Source: an uncultured delta proteobacterium (GTDB lineage: Bacteria > Desulfobacterota > Binatia > UBA9968). Taken from it: DNA of 64,000 bases. How positions within the stretch are numbered: the first letter of the stretch is position 1; each line of letters opens with the position of its first letter. A program made the translations under genes and the position numbers. Of this stretch, positions 9,202 to 17,844 are shown piece after piece. Under the pieces are notes generated by a model, which did not search any database, was not told the DNA's origin, and was given only the letters and a program-made list of their open reading frames with translations. The DNA lies in assembly GCA_963816145.1 (NCBI GenBank), contig CAWFJP010000011.1, positions 320,001 to 384,000 of the forward strand, given 5' to 3'.

Positions 9202-11835
9202 ATGGAACCACTGGCCGACACCATACGTGGCATTTCGATCTTTTCCGGCCTGACGCGCGAGGATGTCGCCAAGGTCTTGGGCAAGATGGAAGAGCTCAAC
9301 CTCGCCGCTGGCGAGACGATAGTTCGTCAGGGCGATCAGGGCGACGCCTTTTATTTGATTCAGTCGGGCGCCGTGCAAGTGGTCGTCGACAGCGGCGCCG
9401 GCAACTCCGAGATCGTGGCGATTTTGGGGCCCCAAGACTGCTTCGGCGAGATGGCTCTGTTCTCGGGCGAGCCGCGCTCGGCGACCATCGTCACGGTCAA
9501 AGATTCCATCCTGTGGCGTTTGAGCCGGCAGGACTGGGACGAATTAATCGCCAAATATCCCAGTTGGCTGTTGCAGCTCTGCGCCACCCTCAGCAAGCGC
9601 TTAGCCTACGTCGACCGGCAGTACTCCACCGGGCGCGAAGCGTTTAACTCGCTCGCCGAAGAGTTCTACGCCGGCCGCTCGCCGCGCCAGCAAGAATTCT
9701 TCCGCCATGCATCTCTGTTGCACGCCATGGACGGCGCCACCGTCGAACATCTGTTTCAATCGAAGTCGATCGCGCGTGTGCTCGCCGACTTGAGCAAGAG
9801 CCAGTCACCCTTGGTGCGCCATCTCGGCAATGACCGCATCGAGTTTCACAGTTTCTTCAAAGATTTTTTGCACGAGAAACTGCTCGCCATCGATGGCGGC
9901 GAAACCAAGCAGCGACTCCACGGCAATTTTGCCAAACGCTACGCCGCCATTGGCGACTGGCAGCAGGCGATCCATCACGCCGCCCAAGTGCCGGACTGGC
10001 CCGAAGTCATCAGGCTTGTCAAAGCCCAGAGTAAAGAAGCGCTGACTGCGGCGGCGCAATCGGTCAGAAACATTTTGGAGCGCATCCCGCGCGAGTACTT
10101 CATCGCCGACACCGCCCTGGTCAATTTGAAGAGCGATCTCTTGATCCATCTGGGCGATCTACCCGGCGCCTTTCGCGCCTATCAAGAAATCTTAGCCCAG
10201 CGCGCCGCCGCCGGCGAAGCCGTTGCCAGTTACCGCCGCATCGCCGACACCTTGGCGCGACGCAAAGAATATGGCCAGGCCATCGGCCAACTGCGCAGCG
10301 CGCTCAGCTTGATCGAGCGCGACATGACGCTACCGGAACACTATGCCAATGTGGCACCCGAGCCGGTGTCGTTTAACGGCGAGCGCACCGGCGATGACGC
10401 GCCGCGCCGCTGGCAATTGTCCGCCGCAGCATTACAGTCAGCGCCCTTGAGCAAATGGTTCGGCGCGCTGTTGGGTCTCGGTGTCGGCGGCTATCTATGG
10501 TTTGGCACACCGGACATCGGCTTGGAGCCCTCCGGCACCAAGCTCCTGGGTCTGATCTCGTTAACCCTGATCTTTTGGGTGTTTCGCACCTTGCCGGATT
10601 ACGGCGTCGCGCTGGTGTTCGCCATGGCTGTCATCATAACCAAACTGGAGTCGGCGCCGACCGTAATGGGCGGCTTCGCCAGCACGACTTGGTTTATGAC
10701 CCTCGGCGTCTTAGGGCTCGGCGCGGCGATCACTGGCTGCGGGCTATTTTATCGTTTGTCGCTCCATCTGGTGCGGCTCTTTCCGCTGAACTTTCACTGG
10801 CAGATCGTCGCCACCGGCATCATGGGTGTGGTGGTCATGGCGCTGATCCCGCAGCAGACCGCGCGCACGGTGATCACCAGTCAAATGCTCATCAATCTAT
10901 CCGAAAGCCTGGGTTACAAGACACCGTCGAAGGCATCCACCGGACTATTCGTCGCGAGCTTTCTCGGCCTGGGCCAACTGGGATTCTTGTTTCTCACAGG
11001 TTCCACCACCAGCTTGATCGCCTGGGGACTATTGCCGCCCGACGTGCGCGAGCAATTCAGTTGGGGCTATTGGTTTTTGGCCGCGCTGCCGCCGACCTTG
11101 GTCGTCGTCGTCATCATCTTGGCGGTCACGGTTTTTCTCTATCGCCCGGAAGGCCAGTCGCATATCTCATATAAAATGGTGCAAACCCAGCTCGACATCT
11201 TGGGCGGAATGTCGCGCAAGGAATGGATCAGTCTGCTCGTCTTGCTGTTCACCGTCATCGGCTGGCTCACCGCGCCCTACCATGGGATCGACGGCGCGTG
11301 GATCGCCATTATCGCTTTCGCGGTGCTGGTCAACACGTCGATTCTCGACTGGGGCATGATGCGCAAAGGCATCGACTGGGAGCTGTTGATTCACATGGGC
11401 GTGACCCTGAGCCTGCCGACGCTGATGAAGCAGGCCAAGATCGACCAGTGGCTGGTCGATGTGCTTTCGCCGCTGATCCTGCCTTTCATGGACAGCCCGG
11501 TGTGGTTTTTTATCGTGATCGCGCTGCTGACTTACGTCTTGAAGCTGGTATTTACCAGCTTCTTAGCCGTGGTCACGCTCTGCGTGGCGCTGTTGCCGCT
11601 GTCCATCGATGTCGGCATGAACCCGTGGATCATCGCCATGATGATTCTGATCGCCTCGGAAGTTTGGTTTTTCCCCTATCAAGTCGACTGGCATATGCTC
11701 GCCTTCTCCACTACCGAAGGCAGAGGGTTTTCGTACCCGCTCATGTGCCGGATCAATCCGGTCTACGCCCTCGCCTATATTGTCGCATTGCTGTTGGCGA
11801 TCCCCTACTGGCGTTTCTTAGGCTTGATGAATTAG
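9202..11835 (+). CDS. Fusion protein: cyclic-nucleotide-binding domain + MalT-like helical/TPR region + DASS/SLC13 permease
   Basis: cNMP motifs GETIVRQGD.GDAFYLI.SG, FGEMAL..GEPRSAT; middle QQEFF..ASLL..HSFFKDFL..RLH..A..Y..G...AIHHA; C-terminal ~460 aa multi-TM with LIPQQTAR, FLTGS, SWGYWFLAALP, IDWELL. Confidence 0.85.
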   Translation: MEPLADTIRGISIFSGLTREDVAKVLGKMEELNLAAGETIVRQGDQGDAFYLIQSGAVQVVVDSGAGNSEIVAILGPQDCFGEMALFSGEPRSATIVTVKDSILWRLSRQDWDELIAKYPSWLLQLCATLSKRLAYVDRQYSTGREAFNSLAEEFYAGRSPRQQEFFRHASLLHAMDGATVEHLFQSKSIARVLADLSKSQSPLVRHLGNDRIEFHSFFKDFLHEKLLAIDGGETKQRLHGNFAKRYAAIGDWQQAIHHAAQVPDWPEVIRLVKAQSKEALTAAAQSVRNILERIPREYFIADTALVNLKSDLLIHLGDLPGAFRAYQEILAQRAAAGEAVASYRRIADTLARRKEYGQAIGQLRSALSLIERDMTLPEHYANVAPEPVSFNGERTGDDAPRRWQLSAAALQSAPLSKWFGALLGLGVGGYLWFGTPDIGLEPSGTKLLGLISLTLIFWVFRTLPDYGVALVFAMAVIITKLESAPTVMGGFASTTWFMTLGVLGLGAAITGCGLFYRLSLHLVRLFPLNFHWQIVATGIMGVVVMALIPQQTARTVITSQMLINLSESLGYKTPSKASTGLFVASFLGLGQLGFLFLTGSTTSLIAWGLLPPDVREQFSWGYWFLAALPPTLVVVVIILAVTVFLYRPEGQSHISYKMVQTQLDILGGMSRKEWISLLVLLFTVIGWLTAPYHGIDGAWIAIIAFAVLVNTSILDWGMMRKGIDWELLIHMGVTLSLPTLMKQAKIDQWLVDVLSPLILPFMDSPVWFFIVIALLTYVLKLVFTSFLAVVTLCVALLPLSIDVGMNPWIIAMMILIASEVWFFPYQVDWHMLAFSTTEGRGFSYPLMCRINPVYALAYIVALLLAIPYWRFLGLMN

Positions 11836-11844
11836 CGCGACACC

Positions 11845-13188
11845 ATGGCGAGCAAAATCCTCATCGTCGACGACGAACCGTTCAACCTCGACCTGCTCGA
11901 ACAGGAGTTGGCCGATCTTGGCTATGTAACGGAGCGGGCGAACAATGGTGCTCAAGCATTGCAAAAAATCGCCAGAGCTAATCCCGATCTAGTCCTGCTC
12001 GATTATCAGATGCCCGACATGAACGGCATCGAAGTGCTGCGCAACGTCCGTCAGACGGACAAAGACTTGCCAGTGGTTTTGATCACCGCCCATGGCAGCA
12101 TCGAACGCGCCGTCGAAGCGGTCAAAGCCGGTGCCGACGACTTCATCACCAAGCCATTCGATCCCGAACACTTGGCCGTGGTCGTCAAAAAAGCTCTCGA
12201 TCGCGCCCAGCTCAAACAAGATGTTGAATTCTTCGCTCAGGAACTGGGCGGCCGCAACCATCTGGTGGCGGGCGACAGCGCCGCCATGCGCGGCATCATC
12301 GACGAAGCGAAAAAAGCCGCGGCTAGCAAATCGACGGTACTGCTCTTGGGTGAAAGCGGCACGGGCAAGGAACTGTTCGCCCGCTCGATCCACGACTGGA
12401 GCGAACGCCGGTTAAAACCCTTCGTCGCCATCAACTGCGCCGGCCTCGCCAAAGAACTCCTCGAAAGCGATTTGTTCGGCCATGAGAAAGGCGCCTTTAC
12501 CGGCGCCCATCAATTGAAAAAGGGCAAGCTGGAATTTGCCCATGGCGGCACGGTGTTTCTCGACGAGATCGGCGATCTGGCGTTGGAGCTGCAAACCAAG
12601 CTCTTGCGCGTCTTGCAGGAACGCGAGTTCGAACGGGTCGGCGGGACAACGAAGATCAATGCCGATCTGCGCATCATCGCCGCCACCAATCGCGATCTCG
12701 AAACCGCGGTCAACGCGGGCACTTTCCGCGCCGATCTTTATCACAGACTCAACGTCATCGCCGTGACGCTGCCGCCGCTGCGCGAGCGCAAAGACGATAT
12801 TCCCGCCTTGGCGAATTATTTTTTGCAACGCTGCGCCGCCGATACCAAGAAGAACTTTTCGACCATCGCCGACGACGCCCTGGAAAAACTCCTGGCCTAC
12901 AGTTGGCCGGGCAACGTCCGGGAACTCGCCAACGTCATCGAGCGCGCCGTGGTTTTGGGCGACGGTCCGCAACTAACACTGCACCATCTCCCCGCCCGAG
13001 TGGTCGGCGCCCAACCGCCCGGCGGTTCCGAGGTAATATCGTTCCACGACGCCATCAACAGTTACCGCCGCGAACTCATCGTCCGCGCCCTGGCAACCAC
13101 CCAAGGCAACCGCGCCAACGCCGCCAAGGCGCTGGGCATGCACCGCACCCACTTCATGAAGCTACTCAAAGCGCTGCAAATCACCTAG
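11845..13188 (+). CDS. Sigma54-dependent NtrC-family response regulator (REC-AAA+-Fis HTH)
   Basis: REC domain, [31 protein letters not shown]-terminal HTH. Confidence 0.96.
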   Translation: MASKILIVDDEPFNLDLLEQELADLGYVTERANNGAQALQKIARANPDLVLLDYQMPDMNGIEVLRNVRQTDKDLPVVLITAHGSIERAVEAVKAGADDFITKPFDPEHLAVVVKKALDRAQLKQDVEFFAQELGGRNHLVAGDSAAMRGIIDEAKKAAASKSTVLLLGESGTGKELFARSIHDWSERRLKPFVAINCAGLAKELLESDLFGHEKGAFTGAHQLKKGKLEFAHGGTVFLDEIGDLALELQTKLLRVLQEREFERVGGTTKINADLRIIAATNRDLETAVNAGTFRADLYHRLNVIAVTLPPLRERKDDIPALANYFLQRCAADTKKNFSTIADDALEKLLAYSWPGNVRELANVIERAVVLGDGPQLTLHHLPARVVGAQPPGGSEVISFHDAINSYRRELIVRALATTQGNRANAAKALGMHRTHFMKLLKALQIT

Positions 13189-13193
13189 AAAAC

Positions 13194-13267
13194 GGTAAGG
13201 CGTGAGGGGTAAAGGGTTAGACGTTTTTCGACCCCGACGCCTCACCCCTTACCCTTTACCCCTTACG
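13194..13267. repeat. Inverted 7-mer array (GGTAAGG-type) hairpin; 'empty' counterpart of the element at 20777-21249
   Basis: ggtaagg-cgtgagg-ggtaaag-ggttaga-cgt ... acg-cctcacc-ccttacc-ctttacc-ccttacg. Confidence 0.9.
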
Positions 13268-13282
13268 TGCTACTGATCCAAC

Positions 13283-13324
13283 TGTCGCATTTTAACTACA
13301 CCGAGTATCAAAACGACTACTCGG
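13283..13324. promoter_or_regulatory. Candidate enhancer (bEBP binding sites)
   Basis: TGT-N12-ACA (13283-13300) next to the perfect inverted repeat CCGAGTA-N10-TACTCGG (13301-13324), ~100 bp upstream of a sigma54-type motif. Confidence 0.45.
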
Positions 13325-13416
13325 ACCAGGTATGCTAACCTCTGGCTGCTTTCGCCGGAACTGCAATTCCTCCACACTTTTAACCACTTAGATCGATCTT
13401 GCCGGTATTGCAGTCC

Positions 13417-13431
13417 TGGTACAGCCATTGC
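13417..13431 (+). promoter_or_regulatory. Putative sigma54 -24/-12 promoter upstream of the SBP array
   Basis: TGGTACAGCCATTGC = GG-N10-GC, close to the TGGCAC-N5-TTGC consensus, downstream of an NtrC-family gene. Confidence 0.6.
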
Positions 13432-13548
13432 GCTAGTGAAGCTTGGAAACTCTATGTGCTCTGTGTGTCCGCAGGTCGCTATCGTTCGCCAATATCCTGG
13501 TTGCTCGTTTCACCGATGCAGCCCAGCCGGAAGGTTGCGCAAAATTTT

Positions 13549-14523
13549 ATGATTACTAAGTTTACCCTAGTCATCGCCATGTGGCTGGTACTGCTTGCTC
13601 CGCCCGCCCGCGCGCAGCAGGCCAACAAACAGCCCCGGGTTGGATTTCTCGCGGCTGGCGGCTCCAACATCCCCGAACCGTTCGTACAAAAGCTGCGCGA
13701 TCTGGGTCATATCGATGGGTCTAATATAGCCTTTGAACTGCAAACGAGGCGCAACCCAAACAGCGATTGGTCCGAACCAGTAGCCCAACTCATCAAACTG
13801 AAAGTCGACATCATCGTCGCCGACGGCTCGGGTCCGGCCACCGCCGCCATGAAAGCCACCAAAACGATTCCCATCGTCATGACCAGCAGCACCGATCCCG
13901 TCGGCATCGGCCTGGTCGCCAGCCTGGCCCAGCCCGGCGGTAACGTCACCGGCCTGTCGAGCGTCAGCGGTGAGTTGGGCGGCAAGCTGTTGGAGATTTT
14001 AAAGGAGATCATGCCCCGCCTCACGCGCGTCGTTGTCCCCGGACCGCCGCCCGGCAGTACGACACAAGATCTATTCATGAAGGAAAGTGTGGCGCCCGCC
14101 CAAGCGCTCAAAGTGGAACTGATCCGCGTTACCGTGCGTGGATCGGAAGACTACGACCAAGTTTTTCAAACCGCCGCCAAAAGAAAGGCTCAAGCGCTGG
14201 TCGTGCGCATCCCCGCCAGTATTCCGCCGGTCCAACGCCAGCAGTTCACCCAACTGGCGGCCAAGCATCGTCTGCCAGCGATGTATCAAGCCACCAACTG
14301 GGTCGCCGCCGGCGGCCTGATCTCTTACGGCGCCGATCGCACCCATCAGTTCCAACGCAGCGCCATCTATGTCGACAAAATATTGAAAGGCGCCAAGCCC
14401 GCCGATCTTCCGATTGAGCAGCCCATGAAGTTCGAGTTTGTGATAAACCTAAAAGCCGCCAAACAGATCGGCCTGACGATCCCGCCGAATGTGTTGGCGC
14501 GGGCGGATCGGGTGATCCGGTAG
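13549..14523 (+). CDS. Orphan ABC-type substrate-binding protein, paralog 2
   Basis: Signal peptide ARAQQ, TIPIVM..DPV..GLVASLAQPGGNVTG, C-terminal [44 protein letters not shown]. Confidence 0.92.
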   Translation: MITKFTLVIAMWLVLLAPPARAQQANKQPRVGFLAAGGSNIPEPFVQKLRDLGHIDGSNIAFELQTRRNPNSDWSEPVAQLIKLKVDIIVADGSGPATAAMKATKTIPIVMTSSTDPVGIGLVASLAQPGGNVTGLSSVSGELGGKLLEILKEIMPRLTRVVVPGPPPGSTTQDLFMKESVAPAQALKVELIRVTVRGSEDYDQVFQTAAKRKAQALVVRIPASIPPVQRQQFTQLAAKHRLPAMYQATNWVAAGGLISYGADRTHQFQRSAIYVDKILKGAKPADLPIEQPMKFEFVINLKAAKQIGLTIPPNVLARADRVIR

Positions 14524-14558
14524 ACGTGAGCCATGTGGTGCACCGAGCGAGAGAAACA

Positions 14559-15548
14559 ATGAAGATAAAAAGATTTTCTGCCGCTCTTGGCAGTGTTCTT
14601 CTGACATGTTCCACAATGCCAAGGCGCAGAGCCGGCGAAGAGTCCTGCGCATCGGCGTCTTGCTGTCCGGTTCACACCGTCCGTGTCATCAGCGCGCATT
14701 ACGAGCATTTCAGCAGGGCCTCCGTGATCTTGGCTATGTCGAAGGAAAAAATCTCGTCATTGAATACCGGTATGCCGACGGTGAAGTTAGATCCCGTGCC
14801 AGCATCTTTGCGGCTGAGCTGGTGAGCCTCAACGTTGATGTCATACTCACAGATACTTCGAATGCCACTCAGGCGGCCAAGAACGCGACCAGGACCATTC
14901 CGATAGTATTTACAATGGCCAACGATCCCGTCGCGGATGGTCAAGTGACCAGCCTGGCGCGACCAGGCGGGAACCTCACCGGGTTTTCGATCCTCGCCAT
15001 CGACCTGAATGGAAAGCGGCTTGACCTTCTCAAGGAGAGCGATTCCCAAGGTTACAAGGGTAGGCTTTCTCACGAGAATGGGCACAACGCTGGCGAAACG
15101 TTTCGAAGGAAGCCGACGCCGACGCCAAAGGATTGGGCTTGCGTTTACACTTTCTTGGGGCAAAAGGCGTCGAAGGATCTCGAAAGTGTATTCGAAGCGG
15201 CAAAACGCGAGGGGTTCAGGCCGTTCTTGCGCACCCAAGCACATTCGTTGCGACGAACCGGGCCAGTATAATCGCCCTCGCAGCAAAGTCCCGGCTACCG
15301 GTGATGTTACCCAAACACGGATTATGTCGAGGCCGGCGGCCTGATGAGCTACGGAGCCAGATGCTATCGATGACTATCGACGTGCCGCCGGCTATGTCGA
15401 CAAGATATTCAAAGGCACCAAACCCGCGGATCTCCCGGTCCAACAACCGATGAAGTTCGAGTTTGCGATCAACTTGAAAGCGGCGAATGCGATCGGTTTG
15501 ACTATACCTCCCAACCTGCTCGCGCGGGCGGATCGGGTGATTCGATAG
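14559..15548 (+). pseudogene. ABC-type SBP paralog 3, broken by multiple frameshifts (pseudogene or poor sequence)
   Basis: SBP blocks spread over several frames (MKIKRFSAAL; RIGVLL..GYVEGKNLVIEYRYA..RPGGNLTG; IIALAAKSRLP; [22 protein letters not shown]). Confidence 0.8.
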
Positions 15549-15593
15549 GTGCGAACAATGAGGCGAAACCAGCCCATCGCCACTCGTAGGCCA

Positions 15594-15981
15594 TTAGAGC
15601 GGATAGATGGGGAAACGCAGCGCGCGGGCGGCGGTGATCATGCGCTCGTCGTAGCTCGCCAAGGCAACAGTTTTGTCCTTGTTTGTGCAGAAAATCGAGC
15701 GCCGCCAAGTGGAGCGCATCGAGAGTTCTGACCGGACTTGGAAAAGGTTCCAGTGCCCGCGTCAATACCGGTGGTGCGAGCTCGACCAAGGCGACACGCC
15801 CCAACAACGAGCGCACTTCGTCGGCATGCGATCGGCCGAGCTTGCGGGCGTTGATGCGCGTCCAGATCTCGTATTCAAGGAGCCGGCTGGAGATCAAGTG
15901 CTCGTCCCAAAGTTTTTCTGGCGGCGAGCGGTCTTCGGCGAGGAGATGCGCCAGCGCCACCGAAGTATCGAGATAAATCAA
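15594..15981 (-). CDS. vapC: PIN-domain VapC-type toxin (apparent +1 A frameshift near 15671-15674)
   Basis: MIYLDTS, E, VRTLDALHLA; removing one A restores ...TVALASYDERMITAARALRFPIYPL* ending at 15594. Confidence 0.85.
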
Positions 15982-16268
15982 CGCTCGCTCCGGTCGTCAT
16001 CCAGTTCACGTTTGAGGTCGCGAAAGAGCATCACTGGATTGCGCGGCGGCACGCCCTTCGACGACAACGCGGGCGGCATAATCCATCCCTGGCGCACCGC
16101 CTCGGCCAACATCGCATCGGCAAGCACCGGACTGCGGCTCGGCTCCGGCGGCACGATCTCGGCAACCACACGGTCACGATCCGTCACCAGAATCGTCTCG
16201 CCACGCTCGGCCAAGCGCACGTACTCGCTGAGCTTGTTCTTGAGAACTTTCAAACCTACGGATCGCAT
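15978..16268 (-). CDS. Phd/YefM family antitoxin
   Basis: MRSVGLKVLKNKLSEYVRLAERGETILVTDRDRVVAEI; ATGA overlap with the PIN gene. Confidence 0.9.
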   Translation of the reverse strand: MRSVGLKVLKNKLSEYVRLAERGETILVTDRDRVVAEIVPPEPSRSPVLADAMLAEAVRQGWIMPPALSSKGVPPRNPVMLFRDLKRELDDDRSER

Positions 16269-16275
16269 ACAAGAG

Positions 16276-16305
16276 ATTGTAGCTACTAGTAGCTACCTAC
16301 GTCAA
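16276..16305 (-). promoter_or_regulatory. Sigma70 promoter with palindromic operator for the phd-vapC operon (likely leaderless)
   Basis: Minus strand TTGACG-N18-TACAAT 7 nt before ATG; perfect 18-bp palindrome GTAGCTACTAGTAGCTAC at 16279-16296. Confidence 0.8.
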
Positions 16306-16511
16306 GACAATGGATTATGGCAGACCCAGAGAGATTTCTGGAGATTGGGGCGGTCAACGGCTTGTTGTCGTCACAATCACTATATCTTCGGCGAGGTTTT
16401 TGTCGGCTCCATGCTACCAAGCAAGTCCGCCTGCAGCGCGGCGCAAAGCAAGCCGGACACTTGCAGTGTACGGATTACTCGGCGGACCAAAGTCTAAATG
16501 CCGGCGAAAGT

Positions 16512-16583
16512 AAGACTGCCTGGCAGATCGGCGTGACCATTCCGCAGTCGGCGCTCTTCCGGGCGGATCGGGTGATTCGATGA
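16512..16583 (+). pseudogene. Isolated 3'-end remnant of an ABC-type SBP gene
   Basis: Encodes KTAWQIGVTIPQSALFRADRVIR*; 22 bp identical to the end of paralog 3. Confidence 0.85.
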
Positions 16584-16741
16584 ACCGTAGAGGTCTATTC
16601 ATGGGAAACATCTCGACTTTTGCCGCTGGCCGAGAATCTTCAGCGACGCGACCGACTGACATTGCGTTAGCTTGACAGTTTCCATTTGTCCGTCATACTA
16701 GAATTGGTCGGAAAGTTTATATTTGTAAGGAGATTATTAGT

Positions 16742-16990
16742 ATGTCCGCCGCGACAAAGATCACCGCGAAATTTCAGATCACGTTACCCCGAGAAGTGCG
16801 CCGCGCGTTAAAGGCCAAGGTCGGGGACTTATTGGTCTTCGTACAACAGGCGGATGGTTCGTACAGGATACAAGCCGTACCGCCGCGGCTAACCGACGCT
16901 CTTCGGCTGGCCGGCAGCCGATTATCTCCCGGAAACTTCCTGCGGGTGCACCGGGAGTTCGAAGAAGGTTGGGAAGATGAGCGAAGCTAA
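16742..16990 (+). CDS. AbrB/MazE/SpoVT family antitoxin
   Basis: TKITAKFQITLPREVRRAL..KVGD; SD AAGGAG; TTGACA at 16672 upstream. Confidence 0.9.
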   Translation: MSAATKITAKFQITLPREVRRALKAKVGDLLVFVQQADGSYRIQAVPPRLTDALRLAGSRLSPGNFLRVHREFEEGWEDERS

Positions 16991-17438
16991 TGATGGTCCG
17001 CTGGCGTGTTTGGACGCCAACGTCTTTCTCGCCGCGCTGATTCCGGAAGCGACCAAAGCTCCCAAGGACGAGATATTAGGTTCGGCGCGGGTACTCAGGG
17101 CGCTCGAAGAAGGGCGCTTGCGGTGCGTATCCACGGCGATCCTCCTGGGTGAAGTCCGTTATGTCTATCTTCGCGAGGATAAAGCAGGTTTTGAAATCGC
17201 CAGAGCAGCGATCGAAGCGGAGACCGGCATGCGCTTGTTAAGCGTGACCGCATCGTTGGCCATTCACGCCGCCGAGTTACGCCGAAAATACTATTCGAAA
17301 AAGAACGCTTTTTCCTACAACGATGCCCTTTATCTAGCGACGGGATTAGCGGAACACGCCGAGCTGCTGATTACCACCGACCCGCATCTGTTGAACGTTG
17401 CCGAACTGAAGACGTTACGGCCAAGCCAGTACCGTTAA
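16977..17438 (+). CDS. vapC: PIN-domain toxin (VapC-like)
   Basis: CLDANVF, GEV, SYNDALYLAT, LITTD; overlaps the antitoxin. Confidence 0.88.
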   Translation: MSEANDGPLACLDANVFLAALIPEATKAPKDEILGSARVLRALEEGRLRCVSTAILLGEVRYVYLREDKAGFEIARAAIEAETGMRLLSVTASLAIHAAELRRKYYSKKNAFSYNDALYLATGLAEHAELLITTDPHLLNVAELKTLRPSQYR

Positions 17439-17844
17439 AAGCTGTTAGCAAAAGAAACTCAACAATTCGCGAGTCGCCTCGGTCACCAGCGATGGCCAAT
17501 CACCCCAAGCTAATACAGACGAAATCACCCGCACCTGGTGCTCTTCGAGGCTAATCGGATAATCCAGTCGACAGAGGTGTGAAGCAGCAAATAGGATTCG
17601 CTGAGAGCCGACTGTCAAACCCGTGTCGTCGAACTGATGGTCGTCTCCAAAAAAGACGTGGAACATGCGTCGAAAAGCTCGGCTTGAACGAATTTTTGGC
17701 AAAACTCTCAAGCCGCGCTCCATTCGGCCCGCGCGTGTCGAAGCCCGCCGAGCGTGTATTTCGGCATCGTGCTACCAATTTGAGCGCTCGAACAAACCAC
17801 GCCTCCCATGCTACAAGTGGATCAGTGTGAACCGCAGGTAAATA

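Noticed and set aside
17445-17723. 92-aa minus-strand ORF between vapC and the kinase
   Set aside because: No recognisable motif or SD; it may be a gene remnant but cannot be supported.
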